A stretch of 63,638 nt of DNA, filler included, from Sphacelaria rigidula (Eukaryota), in the NCBI GenBank assembly GCA_964200075.2. It is 5 parts of 5 records of this genome, joined end to end, with 100 filler letters (N's around TTAATTAATTAA, not from the genome) between each part and the next. Parts side by side here need not be neighbours in the genome. Positions count along the whole stretch, not along the records: positions 38,247 to 50,892 come from CAXNAA020003539.1; positions 50,993 to 63,638 come from CAXNAA020003540.1; 3 more parts are not named here. One strand, written 5' to 3'. Made by a program: the position numbers and the translations under genes. Positions within the stretch are counted from its first letter, which is position 1; each line of letters begins with the position of its first letter. Below the pieces are notes generated by a model. The model was not told the DNA's origin, did no database searches, and saw only the letters and a program-made list of their open reading frames with translations. Below, one piece after another: positions 38,247-51,060 of this stretch.

Positions 38247-40287
38247 CATGCTCCTCAGTACACCTCCCCCCCCATCCCCCCGCTGATGACTTTTTTGTTT
38301 ACACTTGATTGCACTGGTAGGAAGGTAGGTGTTGGTCTAGTAGTACAAGTAGCTATGCACAAAAAGCAGAAGTTTCCTCCAGAGGTGCTGTGTGAGTGGA
38401 GATGGCGTCTACTCTGCGCGGAGTGTTCAGGCATAGCGAATGCGGTCGAAAGGCCTACTCAAAGAATGGCTGTTTCGTCGCGCATGGGCCTTGCTAGCCA
38501 ATCCTAATCCTTGCTGACCAATCCAAGCTCTCAGAGCCTTGTCCTATACTTACGGTGTACACTTTTCATATATTGCGTCATTGTGCACGCAAGGCAGTCT
38601 TCACGCATGTAAGGACGGGGGTTCCGCCGTCTGTCGGTCTTGCTGGTCAATCCAAGCTCTCTCTCTCTCTGGACCTTGCGCCACCAGTACCGTGCGAATT
38701 TTTGCGTTTTGCTCAATGTTGTAGCATGTGAGAATTTTTTTTCGCGTCGTCTGTACACCTCATCTATTGTTCGGATTTGACTATTTCGTCAGCGCGTTCA
38801 TCAGCGGTGGGTTAGTGTTTGAAAATCAGCATCATAATACAGCCGTGGAAACTGTGCAGTCGCAACAAAATCTGCGCGTTGACTTTATGGCATACGCAAA
38901 GATTGTCCACCTCTGAGAGCGCATCGCAAGAATTGTTCGCGGTATTGACGAAGTTTGGTCAGCAATTGAAGCAAAGGGTTGCTCATGATCCCTACGATTA
39001 GATCACATGTATTTTTTTTTCCTCAATAGACCATGTCACTCCAGAGATTTTGCGTTTATTTGAGGACAGCATGTAGCCGTATGTATCCAAAGAGTGGATG
39101 CCTTGGTACAAAAACTAATCGAGTGCAGCCTTTTATCCAGATTTTGACATGTTCCTCAACTTCAAGCAACTTGTTCCGTTCATGCTTCTCGTCACCCCAA
39201 CTTCGGAACCTTGTCTAGCTTTACTCGTGGAACACGAACGGCTTTCTGTTCCGAGAAGACAGCCTGGCCCTCCCGCGGTCACTGAGAGTATGGTAATTCT
39301 GTGGGCCAATGGCTCCTTTTTGGCCTTCGGGCGGCAAATCTGACAGGAACACCATTTTCCTTTCTTGGGCGTATGGCCAGTGTAGAATCTGTACCGATGC
39401 ATGAGCGGGCGATATGGAGCTTTTGAGGACCACAGATGAACTAACTCGCCGGCTAGCCGTATTTTTGGTTTTGGTCACGACCAATCGAGCATAGATAACA
39501 TGGGTACAAAAAAAATGCGCTTTTAATCTGCCCGTGGTTTTTGCCGCCTGCCTGAACCCTCCTTTATTGCAAGCATACCTTCACATTGTCCGTAGTGTTG
39601 TGGAGTACAAAGCGGAGGCATCAACAACGCTTAGTAGACTGTGTTCGCTAGAGCGCGACGGCACGCTGATCGTTTCTTGTCGTTGTATCCAGCGGAGACA
39701 TGCAGCACAAATATTGACTCTGCTTGAAGAACAGGTGAGGGGTTCTGCTGTACTATTTTCTGTATAGATGCCCAACATCCACATCTTCACAGACAAAGTG
39801 TGTCTTGTGTACCGATAGAGCAGCTGCTCTGAAACTTAAACCGTCTGAGTCCTCTGAGGCAGGTTCCCCGTTTAAGGTTTAAGCTTCCAACCAGGGGTCC
39901 GGTCGTCCACGGGGGCAGAGTACCCTAGGCAGAGTGTGCGTTGGGATAGCTCAGTAGTAGGCCACAGATAGCTGCACCGTGTGCTTTGGAAGGATAGCCG
40001 ATTGTCTTCACATCTCACCGCCCGGCGTCGGTCGCATGCTGCACTTGCAGTGGACTTTACGCGAGAGACTCGTCGAAATATTGTAGTGGGGCGGTCCTTT
40101 CTGACTCCGACGTACTGCAGGATTTTTGTGGTGTCGGTCATGATATTTTTTTCATCTCAACCATTCGACTACAGGTCCGACTTTCTCGCATTTCCCGCTC
40201 AAGAACACTCTACAGGTCGGTTTATGGTTCTATGAAACGAAGTCGTGAAGGTTCGCATTGGCATAAAAAATCGTACATTGATATCAC

Positions 40288-40288
40288 T

Positions 40289-40326
<38 letters not shown>

Positions 40327-40327
40327 T
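40288..40327. repeat. (CAT)n microsatellite with adjacent AT-rich low-complexity tract
   Basis: Direct reading. Confidence 0.9.
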
Positions 40328-40967
40328 AATATTAATATGATCATAATTATAATATTATATATTATAATTATTGTAATTACAATTGTTATAACAAGATAAT
40401 CATGATTGTGGTTATAAGTGGGAGTACATTTGATGACGATGATGAGAGTCATCATCATAATAACAATAATGACAATTATTATTATTTCCGCACATTAGCC
40501 CGATCTCTCGAACCAGTGGTCAAAGACGTAGGCTCGTCTTTCCGATACCGCCCCTGCTATTCGGTGATTCGTCTCGAAAGGAATGCGTGGTCGACGGTCA
40601 AACGACTAAGGCAAGCAACAAAGGAGTACCTCCACCGCTATTCCAAGAGAGACAAGTATCGTTTGTTCTTTCGAGACCAAATAGAAAAACCACTAAATGT
40701 CACCGAATAAAAAAAATAAGAGAAAGACGTCAATTACACATGAGAGAAATAACTTTCCCAGCTGATTGACGTGAGGTAACAACAGACTCATCAGATCTGC
40801 TGACCAAATATACAGAAGAATAAGGTTAAAAAGTAAAAAGATAACGGAGATTAGGATGGCTACGAAGTGAGGGTCATTTCAACCCCAGGCACCCTCACAG
40901 GCAAATACCAAAGCTGTTTGGAAGACGGCAGGTGCACTAGCAAGTGTACTACGCTACGGTGTACTCG

Positions 40968-43790
40968 TTACGTTTCGCTGATCTTCGATAGGCACTGAGG
41001 GAACTCTAGCGGAACGACAGCAAACAAGCCCTTAGTATGGCGTGATTTGCTCCAAGCTGCCATGTACATCTTCGACCCCTCCTCTAAGATTCGGAACAGT
41101 TTAGCAACTTCTTGGGCAATCTGCGTCCACGATGTCGCGTTTATTCTGAAATCGGAGGAACCTGCCGTGACATTGTGTTGCAGGCGTCTTGCTGGTCGGC
41201 CTGCCTTCGTCTTCCCTCCGACCACTACTCAGCGCCTGACGACGTGGGGGGGTGTTCGCCATGCATACGCACGACATGGACGGCGTGTAGGAGGCTTGGC
41301 TTCATCAGGATAGCCTCGATGCACTCGCTGCCAGTTCTTTCGAAGACCTGGCGGAATGGAAGCATGTGGTAGTCGGGAGCGCTCAGGCTTGAGGTATGCT
41401 TGTTGAGGTACCTCAGCACGAATCCCCGGGTGGGCTCCCATAACGCCGAATCAGTCGCGCGCGATCGTCCAGATCGCGCAGCCGTATAGCATCACCTCGA
41501 CCACTTCAGCTTTCAGGAGATGAACCTTGGTGGCCAGGGCGATGTATGGGTTGTCGTATACCGCTCTGCTGCACTTGTAGAAGCACGTCCAGATCTGGCC
41601 ATTGCGGCTGTAAATATCAGGGGAAACATCGCCTATGCCGTTGATTTTGCCGCTCAGATGAATGAAAGACGCAACCTGCTTGTATCTTAGGCCCTCCGCC
41701 TCCACTCGACCACATTCGTCTTCATGTTGGGGGAGCGCATACGCATGGCCGCCTTTTTTTTGTTACCACAAGGAGACCCAATGCTGCACAGACTCCGACG
41801 ACGGCTGTCACCCTCTGCACGAGGCATAGTTCAGATCGCGAGACGATGCCAGCATCGTCGGTGTACAGCACGGCGCGAAAGACGTTGCCGAGTCCGTCCC
41901 TGGTCTTTCCATCCAAGTCAGGGATGCGAATGAAGTCCTTCGCCACCGCTTTGTCGATCGAGGAGCGGTCGAACGTCACTGTCAGCACCGCCGCGAAAAA
42001 GATGCTGAACAAATCGGGGGAACGTACACGGCCTTGGCGGAGGCCCTGGTTGACGTTGAACCACTCAGATGTCTCGCCGCTGTCAAGGGGTACGCATGCT
42101 CGCATGCCGTCGTGGAACTGGCGGGTAATGGATACCATCTTGGCGGGAATGCCGTAACGTGCTAGCACCTTCCAGAGAAAAGAGTGGTCGACTAAGTAAT
42201 ACGCTCTTCGGAGGTCGATGAAGCACACATAATTGGGGAGATTCTTTTCTCTGGTCGTTCTTGACGTCTGTGCACAACGTACATTATGTCGACTGTCGAC
42301 CGGCCGCTTCGGAAGACGCGTTGAGCTTCTGCAAGGGTTCCTTTCCACTCGCAGTAGGCGCTGAGGCGAGTCGCAACTATCTCAGGAACCACCTTGCCGA
42401 CCCTAGCGAAATACCGCGGTAGTTGCCACATTCGTGCGGGTCTTGTTTCTCGAACAGCGCCTTAACGATTGTGTCGCTCCATTCCTGGGGTCTTATTTCC
42501 TGACGCCACACTGTGAGCATGATGTTACGGAGGCACTTCAGAGTGGCAGAGTCCTCGGTGCGGTTGAGCCTCAATAGTTCGCCACAGATGTCAGCCCAAC
42601 GCCCTTGCCGGTCACCAGCTTGCCCACCGTTTTCATCGCTTCTTTGATCGAGGGTTCGGCCTCGAGCGGTGCATACTCCGGCATCTGTTCGATGAGATCG
42701 ATGACAGTGAGGAGCGTAGGCAAGATTGCCTTCAGGAGCATGTCAAACCAGGCCTTCCGCCATTGCAGGATTGCTTGCTTATCCGCCAACAACTCGCCGG
42801 TCGCGCTTCTGATGTACGTTGAGCCACACCCCTTTTCCCCTTTCAATTCCAAGGCCTTGATGTGTTCGGACAGCCCTGCTTAGCCCTTTTTGCTGGCAAA
42901 CTATGCTGTCTTGACGGCAAACTCGTGAATAAGGTTCTGCAGTTCAGAGTCATTCATCCGCTTGAACTCCCTGCCTATCACCTCCGGCGCCTTTCTTCAG
43001 GTCAGGCTCTTCCGGGCCGTCGCGTAGTTTCTCTTGTACACCTTTCCGGATATTCCACGCCTCTTGGAGGTGATCCTAAGCCTGCGACGACTCAAGGAAA
43101 CCTCGAGATAAGGAGTTCTTCAGGCATCGTGGGAGTGTACGCGCGGCCGTCTGTCGCAGGGCATTAGCGAAGGTTGATGCCATGTCGCTGACGTCCAGGA
43201 TTTCCGTGGAGGTGATAGCATTCGGGAGCATGGCGAGAATGGCCTGCGAAACAATTGCTCATCCACGTCGGTCGGATGTGAGGATTTTCCGGTTGAAGCA
43301 CATTCCGCTGTCTCCACCTCTCGGTTCAGGTCGGCGTAGGGTGGGCTCCGTGCGAGGAGAAGGATGGTGGCTGAGACCAGCCGATGGTCCTATTTTATCT
43401 TGGGATGCACGATGACGTTTTGGACGAGTGTTTGGTCTTGCTGACGTACCAGTATATTGTTCACGGGCCAGCGGTGTCCGACCTGCGGCCCCTCATATAT
43501 GTCTGCGACCGAGCTTTTCCCACTAGTTGGCGAGCGAACAAATGCGTTGGTGGTTACCATTTCATCTTCCGCACTGCATTCCAGCAGACGTCTACCGCTG
43601 TCATTCCGGGTGTCTCTAGCATAGTATTTTACGCCCGATTCCCCTGCCCTGCTGATGATGTTGGGGCCCGCTCCCTGTTCACCACATTGTGTCACCCCTG
43701 TGGCGGCTGTTCTACTACCGTTTCGTATATTCCCCTCTGGTCAAACTGCTTCACTGGGGTAGATCGCACAACCATATCTGCTCTTCTTAT
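40968..43790 (-). mobile_element. Decayed RTE-clade LINE (APE endonuclease remnant plus reverse transcriptase), frameshifted
   Basis: Fragments in order: RNDSGRRLLE...TNAF (endonuclease C-part); [80 protein letters not shown]...W..IAQ. Confidence 0.9.
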
Positions 43791-44339
43791 TTCATGAAAA
43801 ATATGACGGAATTTCGTGACTTTACGGGGGTGACCCACTTTGGCTGTCATACCTATTTTTTTTCTTTCATTTCCTTGGTGGCACTTTCATGGCGACCGTA
43901 TTGTCGAGGAGTTGTGCACTGAATTTCACGCTATGGTTTGTTTTCCGATTCCATGTACCCGTTCCTTTGTAAATCGCTGACCTCGTATGCTCACATCAGC
44001 GCCCGTTGGTGAGTACAGTACTTCCAGACCACCGAAAGATGCCCTTCACGAAGCCGACAAACATCGATCGCCGCGGTGGACAAGGCGCGACAACACGCAT
44101 CGTTCCGGATCAAGACACTCCTCCGCGCGCCGGAGCAGCACGGGTTCCCCGGACTCACGCTCCCGACCCGCTTTTGGGACTCTCGCTCTCCGTCCCGCTC
44201 TCGGGACTCCCGTTCCCGCTCCCGCTCCCGTGCGTTTCCTCGCTGCGCGCCTTCTCGCACGAGATACCGTTTGAGTAGTCCTGCGCGTAACGGTCAACAC
44301 CCGCGTTGTGCAGGGCACGGGCCCAACACAGCGGATAGA

Positions 44340-45015
44340 AGCCGAGCTGAAGGTGTGGACAGAGCAGAGGCCAACCAACTGGCCAAGGTTAGTGAACGTG
44401 TGAGGAAGCGGATCGCAGAGACTAGCGCATGCTCTGTATACACTGGATCGGCGCCAGGAGAACTGACGGTAGCCAACTGCGCGGTCATGCTGCAGCACAT
44501 GATGTGGAGCGTGCTCCACCATGTGGAAACGGGAGTGCTTGAACTTCCTCAGGACAAGTTTGTCCGAGGCAGGTGGATCACGAGAGTAGACGACTATTTC
44601 CTTCGCCGCCGTGATCTGCTCCTGGACTTACTCTAGCTGGTAGGCTAATGTGGCCCCGAAGTCCATCAGTACTCGTCCGGCGGCAGGCTGCCGAGGTTCG
44701 TCCTTACACAGGGCGATCGTAGACAACGCTCCACGAGAACTATTCGCGCAATCACTCGCGAGGACATTCTCACGCACCAGCAGGCGCAGTCAGTCCGTGA
44801 CCGTCACTTGATCATGGTGAACATATTCCGTTTCGCCCGAAATGAGGCAAACATTGACTCGAGTGGCGGAGACAACAGCTGTGGCGGCCGTTCCGCTACT
44901 GGAGAGTAAATCCAGGAGCAGATCGCGGCGGCGAATAAAAAGTCGTCTTCTCTCGCGATTCACTCACCTCCGATGAAGTCGTTCTGAGGAAGTTCAAGCA
45001 CTCTCCTTTCCACTC
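44340..45015. pseudogene. Putative gag-like retroelement remnants, two diverged copies in inverted orientation
   Basis: VLELPQDKFVRGRW...RRRDLLLDLL on + (44524-44633) is mirrored on - (44902-45013, VLELPQNDFIGGE). Upstream of a Gypsy integrase. The gag identity is inferred from position only. Confidence 0.4.
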
Positions 45016-45183
45016 GAGGTCGCGATATTTGCTCCAAGCTGCACAGCTGGGCTCTCCCACTCATGAAATACGACATGGAGCTCCGATGACGACAAGGAAC
45101 CCAGCACGTATCACCAGATACCGTGTCTCGCCTCCCACACCAACAGGAACCAGCAGACGAAGTAGATGTTTCTTTTCCCGACG

Positions 45184-45645
45184 AATTCACCCCGGCGCAT
45201 CATCAGAAGCCGTGCGACCTCGAGGTTCCCAGCCAGATGAGAAATGGTGGTCGACATTGTCAGCAGACGGTACCACGGACGACCAGATGGTTGCAACCGT
45301 GTCGACAGGTTTAGCACCCGACACCACCTATGCCGGTACTACTGCAGAGATTACTCTCGGCATCTCGCACGCACTCCAATTTGCTAATTACGCATCAATA
45401 AACGATTAACCGCTAATTCACCCCGGCGCATCATCAGAAGCCGTAGGGTCTCGAGGTTCCCAGCCAGACGGGAAATGGTGGTCGAAATTGTCAGCAGACA
45501 GTACCACGGACGACCAGATGGTTGCAACCGAGTCGACAGGTTTAGCACCCGACACCACCTACGTCGGTACCACTGCGGAGATTACTCTCGGCACCTCGCA
45601 CGCACTACAACTCGCTAATTGCGCATCCATAGAAGATTAACCGCT
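45184..45645. repeat. Tandem duplication, 2 x 231 bp
   Basis: AATTCACCCCGGCGCATCATCAGAAGCCGT starts at 45184 and 45415. Confidence 0.9.
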
Positions 45646-46079
45646 TCGCCGCCCCCACAGAGTCCGCAGATCGTCCGTGCGTTTACAGCTCCTCGGCGCT
45701 GCGTGTATCGACACCTTCTCCATAGATGTGCACATGAAGCTTCAACCGCATCCAGGTCCCACGCGTATCGAGGTTCCATCGAGGGACCCAACACCCATAA
45801 TCCCTGCTCCCATCAGCGAGCGGGTGGGAATGGGGGAGGGGCTCACAGCGGGAGGGGGGGGGGGATAGATTGGACCTATCAGCTTCGGAACAAACTACAG
45901 TGGACACATTCGCATTAGAACGGGCCGTGCAGACACTCGACAACAGCACCAATCTGAAGCGTCAGCAAGAAGAATACTCCTTCTTGGGACAGATTCGGTT
46001 GAAACTGGGGGGAAAGGAGGTGGAGAGTACGACGAGTGGTGAGGAGGTGTAGAGCACGAGGAATGGTGACGTTGCATCA

Positions 46080-47090
46080 GAGTACAGGGTGGACGAAAGA
46101 GATGTGGTGTGGTTAACGAAGGATAAAGCCAAACTGATGCTAGCGACGCTCCTACTTCAATGTTACCCGATATCTTGGCGTTGGTTCAGACCTTGCGAGG
46201 GCATGCTGGAATACATGCCACACTGTCTCTGATCCGCGGTCGCTTTCACTGGCCGTCGATGGTCAAATATACCAGGGAGTACGTTTTATCTTGCAGTTGC
46301 AGGAGGCGAACGAGGGCGAGTAACCGTACAGCTGCGATGATCCCTGGACTCGCGGTGGACCCCTGGAAAGAGCTGGAAGTGGACCTGCTCAGCATAGACA
46401 CGGCATCGCTCTCGAACAACAAGTGTATCCTCTTGATTGTGAAGCAAGCCTCTAAACTCCCGTTTGGTTGCCCCCTTCAAATAAAGCAGGCAGAAAATGT
46501 AGCTCGCATACTTGTCTGCCTATGCTTGACATTCGGCGCGCCATGGAAAATTCGTGGCGACGGAGGTCAGGAGTTCAGGGCCGAGGTGGTGACACATCTG
46601 TGCAGGTGGCTGGAAGCAGACATCGCCTTCACCTTCAGACCGCGGGATCACCCCAGAGGCCAAGGACCAGTCGAGAGGTTGGGGATATGGTTGCTCAACA
46701 TGTTCGCGGAGCTGCGTAAATCATGGACTCAGAGATGGGACGAGTGTGTTTCCCCTGCGCTCTGGATCAAGCGTACCTTGCCTGACGCTTCCCCACCCTC
46801 CGACATGTCCCCGTTCGAGCTCTTGTTCGGTCGTATACCCCGCACGTCCCCAGACCCGCTCATCCCCCGAGGCACAATCGAGCAAAGGAGTGAAAGCCTT
46901 CGTCGAACAACGCAGACAAAACCTCATGGAGGTACGTCTGGCGCCGGAGAGGCGGCAAGCCGCGACAGAGTCAGCTCAGGCGAAACCGAACGTCTCCATC
47001 TCGAGGCCTTCCGCCGGAGTGTCGGTTGAAGAAGTAAATCTAGTGATGGTACGCGAATCAGACAGTGCGCTGCACCGCGACGGTTAAGGG
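46080..47090 (+). mobile_element. Ty3/Gypsy-type LTR retrotransposon integrase remnant
   Basis: ORF 46160-47029: GHAGIHATL...FHWPSM...YVLSCSC (degenerate HHCC), EVDL, RGDGGQEF, HPRGQGPVERL (DDE core), SPFELLFGR. Frameshifted C-terminus. Confidence 0.88.
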
Positions 47091-47822
47091 ACGAAATCGC
47101 AGCACGGAAGCTACACTGGGCCCGGGAAAGTTCAGGAGGTACTCATGACAGGTCTCAATGTAGAAGCAGTCATACAGGGCCGTAAACCTCGCGGACGGGA
47201 TTGAACGACCGTTGTGATCACCCGGGGTTCGCCTCAATGTGAGAAGCCCAAAACCGAGGAGTTTTGGTTTGTCAGTTGTTATTGTAGCCACCGGGGAGCA
47301 CATTTGCCGGCTGGATAACGACTTTTGAGTCGCGCTGGCTTTGACAAGACCGGTGCTTCCCGACCTGGCACTATCGCAGTGCTACGGCCGCCATGCCGGG
47401 GAGGGCGGTACACGACGAGTGGTTTTATGTTGCTGCTGAATGAAGGAAATGTACATGCTGTAGCTTGACTGCGCGGTGTTTCCAGCCGGCATGAAAATGG
47501 TCTGATATTTTAGATATGTGCAGTGTGTGATTTGCAGATGATCACGTACTTCGCCCGCGTTTGGGCAGACAGCCGTGGTCATACAACGCGTAAATCTACA
47601 TGTCGCCATCATGCTGAATTGCGGCACAAGACAGAGAGAGGCTGTGAAGGCAAATGTTGTGGACGTAGTGTAGCCGAAAGGAGTATCTAACATTGAGGTA
47701 GTGGCAGCTCCCAATGAAATCTGTGTGAAGCGGTACTTGTTTTGTTGTATTCAATACAGGCAGTCCAGACAGTGTTCGGCACTCCCTGCCACTGCGGATA
47801 TGTTCCCTACTTGGTAATTGAG

Positions 47823-47931
47823 TGCGAGCCTGGTCCGGCGAAAACCCGGCGTGCTCTGTCCCGGCTTTGTAGGGATGCGAGGTCAATGGTCTGATGACTA
47901 TGGCATGCATGATCATGAGTACACCCCCCCC
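47823..47931 (+). mobile_element. Repeat 3' end ...GGGATGCGAGGTCAA...CATGAGTACA-(C)n
   Basis: Close copy at 63496-63591. Shares terminal motifs with the 5685-5954 family. Confidence 0.6.
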
Positions 47932-50446
47932 ATCAAATAGGGTATCCCCTCCTCCTCCTACTGCCCCAGGATGAGGTCTTGGTCTCCTGGGGGGGGGGGG
48001 GGGGGGGGGTTGTCATCTCCCGATATGGGGCCCCTCGTAACAATTACTTTACATGACGTTTATTCAGCGGGGAAAAGGCTGTTGAGCAGATGGACAGTTT
48101 CCCTTCCTTGATCAGGCGTTTAGTGAGATATGCGTATCACGGCCCAATTCGCCCGTGTCAATGAGATATGGCTATGAGGGCTTACCTCCGTTAATAGGCT
48201 GGTCCAGCTCGCATTAAAACTGATGTCTGCTACATCTGTGATACTACACCTTCCTGACTAGGGAGATCATCAAGGACAGTTTCGCATGTGGTACGTGCAG
48301 ATAAATATACCGGAGGTCGTGACACATGGCAGAGTGAAGGGGACAAGTCGAAAAGTTAATATGTACAAGAAATTTTCAAGACAAAGAACGGAAAGAACGC
48401 ATGGAAAGATCGAAATATCCGAGTAAAAAGTCTGGGTGAATCCTTAGGCGGGTTATTGTCGGAATTTTGATTGATTGATTGATTGATTGTCACACTTCGA
48501 CTGACGCCCAACCTCCCCAGGGGTCCAGCCGTGGTCGCATGATAGACGTACCCAAGAAAAACAAAACAGAAACACTCGCTGAAGAAAAAGAAGGAGGAAC
48601 AGAAAAAAGTCGAACAGAAAGACATACGCAGTAGAATAGGACGTGAAAAAAAAAATCCAACAAAAGCAAAACACGGAAAGAAAGGGCCGATCAAAAACCA
48701 AAAAAAAATGAGAGAAAAAACAAGAGCAAAAAAAAAAAAAAAAAGAGTGAGAATCGCTTTCCGAAAAAAAATGGGGAAAACGATCGAGGGTTGGTTGCTG
48801 TGACACCACCCCCTCCCAAAAAAGTGCCAAATAATCGCTTCAGCGAAAAAAATGTTTCAATTTTGCAAAAGCAATTTGTGACACCTCGATGACAGGAGGC
48901 TACGGGCTGCAAATTTCCATGGCTGACACAATTTTACAGGTATCGCTACCCCTAACCCTAACCCCAACCCCAACGCATGCCGAGAACCCTCGGGCAAGCG
49001 CGTTACATACGTTTCCTAGGCAACGTGTGGCCTTGGTATCGTCGACTGTGACGCAGATTTCAAGGTGGCGCCGATTTCAACGAAACGCGTTCTGCACACG
49101 CAAGGAGCACACGGGACTGTCAGCCCCACTAAAATTCCGATTCTTGTTGTTGACACTCAAATAGAGTGTTATCAACCATTAACATTTGTAGCAAAACCCC
49201 GGTAGACTATACTAGTTGACAGGGGCATAAGCAAAAGCTTGACCGACAACTCAACACAATCAAACGTGAACCTGAGGATCGCACTGCCCTCGCAAACCGA
49301 AAAGACACGGCTTGAACCATAGCTGCTCACCAGCTGAGCATCTTGTGCGTGACTTTGCTCAAATCGGTTCGGCATTCAGTCAGAAATGATGACTTGATGA
49401 CTTACGTGAGACGTGCGCATAGCACACTTACGGGCTGGGCCAGCCTAGACACGGATTCAAGCTCTCAAAGCAATATCTCGTAGTCACGGACGAGTTGGGC
49501 CATTATCCGTATTTTGTATTAATCGTCTACCCAAGGGAAAGGTGCCCATCTGCTCAAAACTTTGAGCCCATATTTTCTCGTTGATTGAGTCCCATGTCTG
49601 ATCAATCCTTTACCTAACGGAGATAGCGTCTATACTAAAATCTATATGCAACCTCTGATCGATGCATTCGGCGGATGACGACGAATTTTGGTGTGGACGT
49701 TCCCTGGAGCACGGGAAGACGATAGATACCCTCACCTTTACCTGCTTCGTCATCTGTCCCGTGATATGGCGCACATAAGTTTATATACTGAAATCAGTAT
49801 ATTACGGGCAGATACACTAGACGAACTAAACCTGGATATCGCGTCTCAGTTTTTGAGAGTTGTGAAATGAAATTGTGTATGGAGAACCGCTAGTGCGTCA
49901 TAAAGCTTGAAAAAACAGCTTCTTCAAAATTTTCGTTCATTTCATTCTTTTTTTGGCAGTTTTGAGGAGATATGAACATTGCGTTTGAGCCCCATCTCGA
50001 CTTTTTAGCTCAATTTTTAGAATTGTAATTTGTAACCCAGGATAAAGAACCACAGAGGTATGGTGAATGAAAAAAAATGGGCCCGCAGTTTTTTTGGGGG
50101 GGAGAGAGAGGTTCGGGCGTTCTCGCAGAAAAATGGCAGTTTCCACACTAAAACCCCCCAAACCAGTGAAAAGAAGGAAAATCGACCTGATCCCCTTTAC
50201 TTCGTCAATGATGCCCTGGCCATCGCCACCTACGGCCCGGATCTTCTGAGGTTTGCCATATGTACTCTCTTTCTTCTTTATTATGTATCCCTGTTTTTGC
50301 TTGTATCGGGTTTTGTGAGTCATAATCTGGGTCTATCTTGTCTTCTTTTCCTTTTTTTCCTAGCCGGTGACCACGGAAGAGGCGTCCGCATCAGACGCCA
50401 AGTGCGAATGTACCGCGTAGATATCGGAAAGGTTTTAAATATTAAG

Positions 50447-50500
<54 letters not shown>
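50447..50500. repeat. (ACA)n microsatellite
   Basis: Direct reading. Confidence 0.95.
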
Positions 50501-50501
<1 letters not shown>

Positions 50502-50892
50502 AAAGTTTCATTTCACGAACACCAAACGTGGGCCGGTAAATGGCCCGCAATATACTGTTCCGAATTTCTTCTGATCCCGTCACTAAACGCTCATTGTACG
50601 GCCAGTATTTAGCGTTGGACCCTGAAATTTGATGTGGACAATGAATAGTGCATGATCGAAACAATTACCAGTGCACACAAGTCTTTTTCTTCATAAGTAG
50701 AGGGCAATAATCAGTTTAGGAAAATACCTCTGATAACTTATTATGAAAAAAAACTTACGTGCACTGATAATTTATTATGCCCCATTCATTGTCCATACCA
50801 AATATCAGGGCCTGCAAACTACAAATAACAGCCGATTTTCGAAAATGGGGTTGAAAAAAAAAATGAGGTTCAACTCAAAAGCCGTGCTTTCC

Positions 50893-50992
50893 NNNNNNNN
50901 NNNNNNNNNNNNNNNNNNNNNNNNNNNNNNNNNNNNTTAATTAATTAANNNNNNNNNNNNNNNNNNNNNNNNNNNNNNNNNNNNNNNNNNNN
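50893..50992. other. Artificial contig-joining spacer
   Basis: N44-TTAATTAATTAA-N44. Confidence 0.97.
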
Positions 50993-51060
50993 GGGAATCG
51001 AACCCCACAACTCATCCATCAGAAAGTTACGAAGTTACCAACTGAGCCACCGGGGCGACC
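50993..51060 (-). mobile_element. tRNA-like head of SINE at contig edge
   Basis: Reverse complement GGTCGCCCCGGTGGCTCAGTTGGTAAC...GGTTCGATTCCC has good A and B boxes. Confidence 0.8.

Noticed and set aside
38780-39740. Possible exons (acceptor ~39030, donor ~39735)
   Set aside because: In-frame stops and no recognisable domain; at best a decayed remnant
48948-48972. Telomere-like CCCTAA repeats
   Set aside because: Only two perfect units, internal, next to a dispersed repeat shared with ~29190-29260
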